Source: Oculina patagonica
Taxonomy: Eukaryota
Direction: 5' to 3'
DNA length: 64,000 bases
Assembly (NCBI RefSeq): GCF_052425735.1
Contig: NC_135763.1
Coordinates: 19,716,001-19,780,000 of the forward strand
This document shows, piece after piece, positions 39,755-51,204 of this stretch. Within the stretch, counting starts at the first letter, position 1. Each line of letters begins with the position of its first letter. The notes under the pieces were generated by a model. It was given only the letters and a program-made list of their open reading frames with translations. It was not told the origin of the DNA and ran no database searches. The position numbers and the translations under genes are program-made.

Positions 39755-42700
39755 ATGAATTTTACTCAAAACGTTTCCAACGCTGTAAATGTAAACGGTA
39801 CATCGAGTGAACCCGTTCAGCTGAATTCGGATGATGCGACATGGATTTTAACAAGTGCTTTCATTATATTTACAATGCAGTCAGGATTCGGACTCGTAGA
39901 ATCAGGTTTGTATATCGTTGTCTTCAAAGTATGGGTCAGTAAGATATTGAAAGTTTCCTTTAATGAGAATACTTCATCCGTGGAATGTATAACACTGTAT
40001 CCGAGCAACGGACAAATACTGTAGCTTTGCTAAGACGAGTTAAGATTAATGAAGTAATTAACAAATTTCGCATACCGAGCTACAAATACCAAACTACTTT
40101 GAAGACTGTGTCCCTGTTCCAATCATTTCTGTTTAACAGCTATCATGGCAGTGCGACATTACATCATTGTTTAAATTTTGGTCTGATTTAACACAGGCTT
40201 AAGATTTAAGACAGGCGGTACTCATAAGATCCAGAGCTTAACCGAGAGCAAGAGCTGATTTGTTTAAAAAAAATTAATATAGAAAAAATACAAAACGACT
40301 GCTGATATTACAGTTTAAAGTCATTTTGAGCTATTGACATTCTGAGTGAAATCTTCACTTGGCTTATTCGCCTCATGAAATATTAATCAGTCTATTTCAG
40401 TCAAACAATCAAGTCGATTCCAGCATATACAGCTTAGTTCTTTGGTAAGGCTCAAAAATTTGAAAACGACGAAAATAAATGCAGTCAGGTGCAAAAATAT
40501 CACGAATGAACTTTTGTTTGTTTTATTTTAATTAAAGAAACCTTCGAAAAAGAAATATCAGTTTCTGGATTTACCATAATATTTTCACAACTAGAAACAG
40601 ACATAAAGGGTTATTAAAAACAATTATATTTAGAGCTAGGCTATATTCTAAAAGCGAGTTTCCTCGTAATGTGATCATTGTGAAAGAAAAAGCAAAAGAA
40701 ACTTAACATAAACATTATGAAAATCATAAACAAAAAAGCAAAGAGACAAAATATAAACTACATCACTTAGTATGCAAGAGTATAAGAAATACATGGCTCC
40801 AACTTCAAGTGTGTTTTGAAGTGTACATAACATTGAAAAAAATGCCGATGAACTTCTTTTCATTTGATAATTTCTTCAATTTTATATTTCAATGTTATTA
40901 ACTGAATTTCAGACAAACATGACTTCAAACTAGCTTTTTTATATTAGAACCTTTCATTGTTTCAGATTTATTACCATAATTTCTAAATAAATTAAGAGAA
41001 ATATACAAATCAACTGACAGTTTGAAAACATTTTGACCGGACATTGGTTTAACCACAACATCAATCTTTCTAGGTTTAGTTTCCCAGAAAAATGAGGTTA
41101 ACATCATGGTTAAAAACGCTGTTGACGTCATATATGGAGGACTTTCCTACTGGTTATATGGATTTGCCTTCAGTTTCGGCACCGATGAAGGAACGAACGG
41201 ATTCTCTGGAATAGGTGAGTACTTTTGTCGTAGACTTAGGGAAAAAAATGCCACATGAACACGTAAATTAAACTGAACGCTTGCCCATATGTTGTTAAGG
41301 TTCATTTGTTTAAATCAGTCACTGTTGCATTACCGTGCAGGTTACTTTGCGATGGACGTGGAGGCCGAGCAAGGAGATGTGTTCGCATTGTATTTCTTTC
41401 AGATGTCGTTTGCCACAACTGCTACAACTATTGTATCAGGCGCGATGGCGGAGAGAACTCATTTAAATGCGTACACAATTTACTCTTTCACCAACACTAT
41501 ATCGTACTGCTTTCCTGCGCACTGGCTTTGGGGTGAAAAAGGCTTTCTCAAGGAACTTGGTGTTATTGATGTCGCAGGTAAATGTTCAAATGTGACCGAA
41601 GTTGACAAGGTTCACGTAAATGCGAAGAAAATTCAATGCAGACAGTTTAAGAAAATTAAGCTCTGGCGGTGTTATTAAAATTGTAGAGAAAGATCTGAAC
41701 GAACGAATGAACGTTTTACAATATCTGTCCAATCAAGAACAACAACAACCTGGAGGCCATGTGTTTTTAAACTAAACAAAACAGTTGAGCAGCGATATAT
41801 CAGTATTTTTTATGTTAATTACGCGGTTCTTCTAGTCTTCTGATAATAGCATCGCAACATTTCTTTCAAGCGTATTTTTTTTTTTAGTTTTCTTTCTGGA
41901 GAAATTTTCGCACAACACATATTTCCACCCATTGCACATGTAATACCAAACGGTAGTTTGGGAAAGTGAACTCTTTTTTCCATGAACATTTAGTGCCAGA
42001 TCTGATTGCTTTACACTTCTTTTGATATTTGGTTTTACACCAAAACAATATCCCCTTGTTGACGTGTATATCTATTCTTGTTACCAGTCTGCTAAAAACG
42101 CATTGAAAGAGCACGAACAAAACTGGTACTTATACCTAATCGTACCTTTTTGGTACGCTTCGGCGGCAAATCAGGCGAGTTTGGTCGAGCCATGGTTTGT
42201 ATTTTGGCGAGACGCAGTCGAGCCAAGATACCCATGGCGAGACCAAACGAGCCTGATATGCCGCCGAAGCGTACCAAAAAGGTACGATTAGGTATTTACC
42301 GTACCCAAATTCAGCCAAAAATCCGGTAATATTATTCGCTTTGTTGAAGCCATGCTTGCCATGTACGTAGCGCAAAATGTGTTGACCTGCTTGTATTGAT
42401 ACTTTTTTGGTCTTCAACACTTTTATCAAGTCCTCTTCTCACATTTTTTACTCTTTCGTTTGGAGTTTTATTCTCTACATTTTCAAAATCCAAATTTAGC
42501 TTAAAATGTGGAAACTCCGACTCCAGACCACTGTTTCAGTCTTAATGTTTCATTATTATATGGCTACAATAGTACGCGCGCTCTGATTGGCTGCTGAGCT
42601 GGCATTATTTTCTTGTAATGACCGGACAATAAATACCGACAAAATGTAACTATCTAGTCGACAACTGAAAGAAAAATATTAGCATACCGATACTTCTTTA

Positions 42701-45700
42701 GTATGAGCGACGAAGAGAGCCACAGAGAGCAAGAGCGAGTTTCACCTCGGTGTTTTTTAGATATTTCAGTTTAAAATAGCGCTAAAAGGCCATATAATAA
42801 ATAAATTATTAACCTCGTCCGTTCGGTCATTACATGGGGAATCTCAGACCTCGGCCTTGATGTATTGACCTCGCTATCGCTCGGTCAATACATGAAGGCC
42901 TCGGTCTGAGATTCCCCTGTAATGACCTCACTCTCGGTTAATAAGTAGTATTTACTCGTCGGCAAACATCGCGCCATTGTCGAGCGCGCTCAAGTTTAGT
43001 TTTGGCGGGAAAGATTTTATCATTTTACGACCGGTAAACACCAGCTAATTAAAAATACTAGGTTCCGTTTTATTGGTAAAACCTTTTTTCAATTCATCGT
43101 ACTGTAACACTACTTTACTTCAAAGTGACCGTGATATGGTGGCATATCAGGTCAGTGACTCGATATCGTAGGATATCAGGACAGTAGATCGCGCTTTTGA
43201 TTGACTACTTGCGTATTTGGGTACGGTAATGATCAAAATGGCATGTCTTGTTTCTATAGGATGCGCAGGTGTTCACTTAGTTGGAGGTGTGGCAGGTTTG
43301 GTGGCCGCGATCATGCTGGGACCAAGACTTGGACGATATGACAAGTCAGTCAAAAAAGGCAAGCCGGGTTCACTGACTAATGTGATGCTTGGGACGTTCA
43401 TGCTGTGGTGGGGCTGGCTGGGGTTTAACTGCGGTAGCACATTTGGCATCAGCGGAGGTATGTAATTTACATCTCTATGGAATTATTATAGATTACCAAA
43501 GTGGCTTATTGTGTAAGCATAATTTTTCAGATTTTTCCAATGACTACATTCCGCAAGGCTAGAGTAGGGGTCCAGTAATCCTGCACCGATCCAAAGCGGC
43601 TCCGTGATTGGCCTTTTTGTCCACTTCCGTAACGAAATGTACCGAACCAATCAAATGCAAGGTTTGGCTTGTCATGAAAGTTGGCCAACAAGTAAGTTGG
43701 CGGTTGTCCTGCGCCGATTCTATTTAAAGCAGCTCCCGTGATTGTCTATCCGCGAGAACAATAGGAAATAATGTTCATAAAATATGTAACGAGCATACCG
43801 AATGTACCGAGTCTACAGATCGTACCGAGTGTTTCGAGGGTACCAAGTGTACCGAGGGTATCGAGTGTACTGAGTGTACCGAGTGTACCGCGAGTGTACC
43901 GAGACAGTTTTAAATTAAAGTTCTTAACAAAACACCAATTATCATAGAGATTAAACTATTGTTTATTTGACATTCTGTCTCCAGTTAAATCAGTTCCTAA
44001 ATCACATTTTGACCAAGTGAAGAAGTGTTTGAAATAAAAAGTGATTACTGGCGGCCATCGTGGCCAAACAGTTATTGCGTTTTTTTTTCGAATGGCTACA
44101 GAACGATTCTACAACAAAAAAGACAAAAGTTTACCCTGTATACACAGTGAAAATACATCAATATCCTTGATCGTATATGCAGCTTCGCTAATTAACATAA
44201 CCGGAAAAGGGCAAGGTTAAAATTGTGAAACGATACGGAAACATTTACATATTAAAAATGACAAGATTGCTTGCGAGTTCGAAATTTCAGTTCCCTGGTT
44301 GATAAGTAACGCAAGACGCAAATAAGTAAGGTGACGGGAAACGAGGTTAAATTCCAACTACAATCCAGAATTGAAGATGCTAAGAAATACACTGAGACTT
44401 AAAGAATACTTTAGCCAAAAAGGAATGGGTTCTCGTGTTGTGTCCCGTTTTCTGCTGATAAAAAACTGTTCAAACGACTTCGCGCGCTTCCTCTAGCGAA
44501 CGCGAAGAGAGTTTTGGGTTTCAATCTCGGCCATTTGTTTTCCTGTTTGTTCATGAAACCACATTTATGAACAAAACTTCTGATCAACAACCGAACTGTC
44601 GTTGCACTTGAGCGAACACTTCTGTACGTCTACTGAAAATGAAAAGAGCCACAATCAGACGCGAATTCTGCAGAACTTAACGAGATAATAAAAACTCTAC
44701 TCAATCCAAAAAATCTTTAAATATCTCAGTCTATATTTATACCATTTTAAATAAGTCTCTTTTGACGGGTAACGAACAAAAAGTTTGCCTTGTAGAAAAT
44801 GGGACTAACAATTCTTTACCAGGATCTGGAGACAACAGGAACCCACCTGTCTTAAGGAGGCTCGATGTAGTTTTTTTAGCCGAAGGGTGGTTGTTTTGAA
44901 AATTTACATTATCTAGGAAGCCAATGTTCGATTTTTGCCAAAATACACCTATAATGATCAAATATCACCAAATTTTAATTTTTTACCCGTCAGTAAGCCA
45001 CAAAGGTTACCATAGCAACGATTGACGTTTTCTTTTGTTCTCAAACAAGCTTGATGTTCTCGAAATCTAGATTGACTCTTGGTGTTTATTTTTTGATATG
45101 TTAATGTTTAGTAGATTGACTAACTGTTGACGAAATTTTAGAAAAATCTGTAAGAGCACTTTCAAGTAAATGAAGAATGAAATTTTCAGAAAAACGCCGT
45201 TTTAATATAAAACAGGCGCTTTTAAATTGTTTTGTATTATTTTAGCGCAGTTACTCTCACTGAAATATAAATACTTACACCATCAAAAACCATTCACTAA
45301 AAGCGAAAGAGTTTTTGCTTTATTTTGTAAAAATATATCGACTGCCAATTGTAGGAAATTATAAGAAAATAACAAAAACTTCATTCTTGATTTACTCTTA
45401 AACGCTCTTACAGATTTTCCTAAACATTTTTGTACAGGTAGTCAATTTACTATACTTGAACATATCGAAAAATGAATACCAAGAGTCAGTCTAGATTTCG
45501 AGAAAATCAAGCTTGTTTGAAAACAAAAGAAAACGTCAATGGTTGCTATGGTAACCTTTGTGATTAAGTGACGGGTAAAAAATTAATTTTAGATAATTTT
45601 AATTTTCAAAACAACCACCCTTCGGCTAAAAAAACTACATCGAGCCTCCTTAAATCCAAGTTCTATTTATTGTAAGATCACAAAGGTAACTACACTTCAA

Positions 45701-48700
45701 ATACTAACATCAGTTTATGATAGAGTTTTAACTGTTTCGTGGGTTGCTCTGCGCGCCTGATTGTTCGTTTTCCTGATAGCTCTTACAGTCAAAACAAAGA
45801 ATACTGCATTGAAAGTTAAGAAAAAAGCAACCGGCAAAACAAAAAAATACAAATTTGCAGTTGGCTTGTTAATCCAACACCCCTTAATACCTCCATAGTG
45901 AATAGCAAACGCGTTGGACTGGTCAAGAGCAACGCACACTACAACAAAAACAAAGGCAGGAATCCAACCAATTGTTATCCTTCACAATAATTTCAAACAC
46001 GTTTTCCCTCTCCTTGTATTTCTGTGTTGGACGCGGGTTTTGGAAAATACCTTCCAAGTCTCAAAGGCGATCATTGACATCCACATGAAAGAGACAAGAA
46101 AAAAGTAGTGCAACAAAATGGCAATCATTTTACATGCAAATTTAGCTTCGACGTACCCGGTCGCGAGATAAAGCAAGTGAACCATTAAATGTGCCAAAGT
46201 GAGATTAATTAGATTAATTCCAGGTAAAGTGCGAAGTTCCTTAAATAACGAATAGGTCACTAAGACCAAAATTAAGCTTAAAATAGACGGAGAGAGTCCA
46301 ACATAGGTAATTACTATCAAAAAAATATTATCCTTTCTTTCACTTCGGCGACCAACCTCGTCTGTATATGGTGCTTCGTAATTTGATGAACTGTGTACAC
46401 ACCCAGGTTGTGTCATTAATGAAGATAAACCTTCCAGGTTGAAATAATTCTCGTGAAATGTTCCTATACAGTGAACCGTTTGATAAGACAACGTACTCAC
46501 TTTCGTTTAACCCAACTAAAACCCCAGAACAGTTTAACTGTGGTTGTTTACAGACTGTTAGGATGCCGATAGGAACAACAGACCCGTTTCTCCATTCCGT
46601 TTCGTTCGTATAATAGTACCCAGTCGCGAGATAAAGCAAGTGAACCAGTAAATGTGCTTTTTCTCTTGAAATAGTTGTCCTGTATCTCTGATTTTCACTG
46701 CGTTTCCTTCAAACTTAAATGTGCTTGGGTGGAAAGTTTCAACTTTGGTTAATTTAGAATGATTCGAAAGTAAATCTATTGCAGTTATAAGAGTTGAGTA
46801 GAGACGTTTTTCTGTACGCTCGGCACAGTACATTCAGTACACTCGGTACATTCGGTACAGCCGGTACAATTAGTACAATCGGTATAGTCGGTACACTCGG
46901 TACACTCGGTACACTCGGTACACTCGGTACACTCGGTACACTCGGTACACTCGGTATACTCGGTACACTCGGTACACTCGGTACACTCGGTACACTCAGT
47001 GCGCTCGATACAGTCGGTACAGTCAGTACACTCGGTATGCTCTTTACACTTCCTATGCTCTGTACAGTCGGTGCCATGGTTACCTTGGCTATTTGGGATA
47101 CCCATAGTAGTCATGGTACGGCTGGAATGGTTCTTTGGATATGGGATGTAAAATTAGCAAGCCACTCCCAGAGAAAAAAAATCACCACAAAACATGCATG
47201 GTTACTTATTTAAAGATTATGTTTTCGAATTAGCCAATCAGAGAGCCACTTTGGACCGGTGCAGGACTGCTAAAAAATATTGACTCCAGGGATTTAGTTC
47301 TCAAACTGTTAACTCATGCCGATGGAGTGAAGGCATTCTTCATATGAAAAAGTGAAATGCTGGTTTGGAAGTCTTTGGGTATGCGTTAAACCAACCTACT
47401 GCCGGAACTATCAATTCTGAGAGGATTCTGTATTAGTCGGTCTTTTGAAAAATGGGATCGGAAGATTACTTCTTCTTTCCGATAAGGTTATTGCCTTGAA
47501 ATATAAATTTGGTGGGTTTTTTCTATCGGCCACTTGTAGCTAATGGTGGTGACCTTTTTTCCCCAACTGATCATGTCACCACATTCAATGAGTAACTTAC
47601 TGAAATATTGCTTCTTTGAAAGACGAGTTAATCTCGAAACGGTAGCACTATAAGATAACAAGGAGTTTCCTATTTATTGTTTTTAACCTAAAAAATTTTT
47701 ATGCAACAACTTAGTTACTCAATAAATTCAATTCAACAGCAAAGTGGTTGCTAGCCTCCAGATCAGCTGTAGTGACGTTGAACGGTTCCATTGGAGGAGG
47801 CATCCTGGGAGTGATTTACAGCTTTCTGTTTCGAAAGCGGAAGCTGGATGTAGCCATATTTATAACTGCCATCTTGGGAGGTCTGGTTGGTATCACCGCT
47901 ATCTGTGCCGTGTGCCGTCCTTGGGAGGCCTTCATTATTGGATTCATTGGAGGGCTGGTGGCCTGTGGCAGTTGTGACATTATCGACAGGTTTGTTTTGA
48001 AAGTTTAACTTATTCAGCTGTATCGGTCTAACCATACACTGCCGGCGCCACTATTATTTCATGGTAATTTAACTAGTGTTTTAATCACATTTGGTCATAA
48101 GTTATAAAATTGTTGTATAGTTTATTGTCGCACATGAAAGTTTGTAATTAATTACTTTAGTAGTTTTAGAAGGCAGAAAACAGCCCTTTTATCCATATGT
48201 CATTTTATATGTCTTGTATGTTTTCTTTTTCTATTATTGTCAACGAACACGCACAAGGGTAAGTACGTTCTTTTTTAAAATACCATTTCTTCCCTTGATG
48301 CAATAACTACCATTCACAACGAAGCAAAAAGTTGATAGAATTGCTACCACTCAAATATGAAACAAAATTGATTCATTATGTGATTATCTTCCGTCTAGGT
48401 TCAAAATCGATGATCCAGCAGGTTGTATAGGAACTCATGCTATGGCGGGCATCTGGGGAATGATTGCAGTGGGTCTGTTCGTCGAAGAGGAACCGCTGGA
48501 AGGATTTTCTCAAGTCCGTGGGCTCTTCAAAGGTGGTAGTGTCAAACTGCTTGGTGTCCAGATCCTCGCGTGCGTGGTTATTGCTGCTTGGTCAGGCGTT
48601 ACAACGTGGCTGCAGCTTTTTCTCATCAACAAGATTTTACCACTCAGGCTAAGTTACGATCAGGAGATGATGGGTGAGATTTATTAAATTTATTTCATTT

Positions 48701-49907
48701 CGCAATTTATTACATTTATCGACGTCAAAAGTCAAATATAAACCAAAGTGCATTGCTATCGGCCGTTGCCTTACTAAATAAAGTTACCATCATGTCATTA
48801 TTATAACTATCACTATCATTATCATGCATTGTTACCAATTTCGATTGTGTCACCAAAGAAGGGCTAATGATATAAAGCTCGAAATGTCAAGCATCAAAAA
48901 GTTCTGGCTTTCTCATTCACGGCTTTAAAGGTATAAAGGAAAATCTTAAAGTAATCTTCTCCTGTAGTAAGACGACGACTAATGGATAGTAATGTTAATG
49001 ATAATGTTAATTATAATGATAAGGAAGACGACGACGATGACGATAAATGTTTTATTCTTGAGTAACTGGTGGATACATTTTTGGAATAAACTGTTGTCTG
49101 TCTTTGTGAAAGCAGTGATGCCTGTGGTTAGGGCTCTGCGCTTGAACTCTGCCATTAGCTCAATTTTTCTCGGTAACCCGAGCTTTACAATCCGTCCACC
49201 TATGTAAACAAGCAAATTGTCAATTATCCTGCAAACAGGACAATTGCGGTAATAAGCACTGGGCTTAAACAAGTTCGTAAGGAGTTTTGGGTGGGCTTAT
49301 ATACGAAAGGCTGGGGCTTAATTATATCCGGGGAGAGGCGTATAAGCAGAATAAATACAGTTTGGAAACGAGCCATGTCTTTAAGTTTAAATTCGTAAAA
49401 AGCAACAATTTATACCCTTGTTCAGTACTGTCATCCAGCAGAGGGGGGCTTATAACCGATGTATTTTTTGTTTCCAGGTAGATAGGCCTATAACCAGGGG
49501 GGGGGGGGGGTCTTCTAACGGAAATTTCCCGGTATTTGTTTGAGTTGCTTAATTGGCTGATATGCCTTAAAAGAAGCAGTAAAGGTTCCACCTATTTCCT
49601 TTCAGGGGCGGACAAACTTGAACACGGCATCGACTGCAACGACTCTGAAGACAACTCGTCTGACCTTGAAGATAACGTACTGCAGGCGGAGGAGGATGGA
49701 ACGGACAGTTACCGAGGATATATCACAAGTGATGCTCCGGTTCACGGCTACAGCGCCGAAATGGAACATATACTATCCATTCAGAATCTTCCAGGATGTG
49801 TCAACTATGGTCTTGAGCCGGGCGAGACAGGAAGTGTAACGCATAGAAAGATAAAGAGTGAAGTTGGAATACAGGTGGATCTGGATGATCCAGAGTCGTT
49901 TTGCTGA
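39755..49907 (+). CDS. amt: Ammonium transporter D, 7 exons, ~517 aa
   Basis: Exons 39755-39905, 41074-41214, 41341-41577, 43260-43457, 47740-47989, 48399-48673 and 49606-49907; all GT-AG; 1554 nt in frame. Motifs FTMQSGF, FFQMSFATT, AGVHLVGG, WWGWLGFNCGS, DDPAGCIGTH. Confidence 0.93.
42132..42295 (+). mobile_element. GA-mismatch hairpin 3 in Amt-D intron 3
   Basis: Near-perfect 164-bp palindrome interrupted by three CGAG/CGAG pairs (42176/42248, 42186/42238, 42208/42219); apex CGAG-AC-GCA-GT-CGAG. Confidence 0.85.
42553..42950 (-). mobile_element. Non-autonomous Crypton-like element with GA-mismatch hairpin 4 (42806-42944)
   Basis: The minus strand has four tandem GA pairs and apex CGAG-C-GATA-G-CGAG. 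The distal end carries CCAATCAGAGCGCGCGTACTATT (42590-42568), nearly identical to 53514-53536. Confidence 0.8.
44856..45649. mobile_element. Foldback MITE with TTAA TSD (Kolobok-like)
   Basis: TTAA|GGAGGCTCGATGTAGTTTTTTTAGCCGAAGGGTGGTTG ... CAACCACCCTTCGGCTAAAAAAACTACATCGAGCCTCC|TTAA plus long internal inverted arms. Confidence 0.9.
45715..46810 (-). pseudogene. Class B (adhesion/Methuselah-like) 7TM GPCR pseudogene fragment
   Basis: ITYVGLSPSILSLILVLVTYSLFKELRTLPG, CKMIAILLHYFFLVSFMWM, GW and GCWI..FFVLPV..NAVFF motifs; at least two frameshifts, a stop at 45982, truncated after TM5. Confidence 0.85.
46820..47075. repeat. 9-bp minisatellite (ACTCGGTAC)n
   Basis: Direct reading; source of the TEC, PSV and GTL low-complexity ORFs. 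Confidence 0.95.
49235..49534. mobile_element. Degenerate MITE with GGGCTTAT subrepeats in Amt-D intron 6
   Basis: Repeated GGGCTTA(T/A)A motifs; right end GGAAATTTCCCGGTA. Confidence 0.5.
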
Positions 49908-50241
49908 CTGTCGTTTGTTCTACACTATTTTGTCTTTTTTTAATTGAAATCAAATAATCCGCGCAACTTAGGTCAAAATTGCACAAACATTTTGTAAACT
50001 TTTGCAATCTCTAAGTTACGTGCTAAAAGTAACAAAACTTTTGTTTTGTATCAAAGCTAACTAACAGACACATCTCTTTCAACACTGTTTGTTTGTAAAG
50101 ACGCCTCGATTGGAACGTGACTCTTTAAGGCCTTTATGGCTATATATTGAGGAGGTGTTCATTGGCACTCAATCGACGTTACTACATTAATTATTATGGA
50201 GAATAAACTTACGCATAATAAAATCAAGTTAAAACTGAGCC

Positions 50242-50580
50242 GTTAAGGCCCAATCCACCACTACTATAAAGTGTATAATTGCGCACTTAACCTACAATTT
50301 GAGATTTTTGTGATTGGAATAAATGTTTTGTCTCAAAATCTTTCTTGTTGCTCGTTTTTTTTTAAGTAAGTAATAAATGTTTGTTTGCACATACAGAACT
50401 ACATAAATTGATGGCCAAGAACGCACGCTATATATCATCCACTGTGCGGTACAGCTCGCGGCGAGACAAACAAATACGCAATAAATGAAATGCGCTGTTG
50501 ATGTGACTTTTGTTCAAAATATATATATCAAAAACAAAATCCGCGGGTCTGCAAAGTTTGGTTGACACGTATGATGTCCT
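50242..50580 (+). repeat. Dispersed duplicate of ~55155-55428 (51115-51200 also matches ~55555-55640)
   Basis: TTAAGGCCCAATCCACCAC..ATAATTGCGCACTT and CTGCAAAGTTTGGTTGACACGTATGATGTCCTG occur in both places. Confidence 0.8.
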
Positions 50581-50764
50581 GCTTACTCTTTATGCAACAA
50601 GTCCCCGCAATAGCGTTAAAACTAAAAAACGCAAAGTGACGCGTTATTACCCGGCAGTTAGTCTCCCATGTGACCAGGTAAGGAGAACCGAGTCTCATAT
50701 ATGATTCTGCATACAAAATTAAAATTTAAAAAGACCTTGTTAATGATTAGTCTGCGTTCTCTAG

Positions 50765-50980
50765 TCCTAGTGGCCAATCATGCCAAAGGTTAACGCATTT
50801 TTCGCAGCATTAAGCGACTAGGAGTATTTCTACCCCTCCCTGGATGGGATGCTAGTTCATCGCAGAGTTACCACAGCAGTAAATTCACCGGTACCTTTTT
50901 ATACACCTAGGTGAAGGGGGCACTATAAGTTAGAGCCGAGTGTCTTGCCTAAGAATAACACCACGCAGTGACCAGCCAAT
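50765..50980 (-). mobile_element. SINE fragment (second piece at ~53650-53735)
   Basis: CCTGGATGGGATGC..CATCGC..GTTACC..CAGTAAATTC.CCGGT is shared by both pieces and is typical of a metazoan SINE central domain. Confidence 0.65.
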
Positions 50981-51204
50981 ACGGAGTCCGTAGAGCTTGT
51001 GCTAGACATTATGCCAATGCAGTAAACAATAAATAGTAACATCAATACATCTCCCACTGGTTACGTGTTTATATAAACAGGCGAAATAAAACGTAAATAT
51101 GCGTTCTATTTCTAAGAGAGGTAATAGAAGAACTGAATAGAAAGCACACCCAGCTACAGAATGGACGGCTTTCCGCTCGCGAAGAAACACCTATATCTCT
51201 TGCA

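Larger units (their letters stand above)
43573..47272. mobile_element. TIR-bounded composite element carrying a GPCR gene fragment (Pack-type)
   Basis: Imperfect ~40-bp TIRs AGTAATCCTGCACCGATCCAAAGCGGCTCCGTGATTGGC / GCCAATCAGAGAGCCACTTTGGACCGGTGCAGGACTGCT, with inverted subterminal 9-bp arrays (GTACCGAGT)n at ~43785-43885 and (ACTCGGTAC)n at ~46820-47075. Confidence 0.7.

Noticed and set aside
46754-47213. Cys-rich TEC-repeat or PSV-repeat protein
   Set aside because: Artefact of a 9-bp minisatellite, which also occurs inverted at ~43785-43885.
48845-48895. Penelope-associated end motif or hammerhead ribozyme
   Set aside because: Only a weak resemblance (GAAGGGCTAA..GCTCGAAATGTCA); the CTGANGA core is absent.
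21274-49907. Bacterial amtB-glnK operon or recent bacterial contamination
   Set aside because: The genes have GT-AG introns and metazoan repeats within them; no PII/GlnK ORF was seen.
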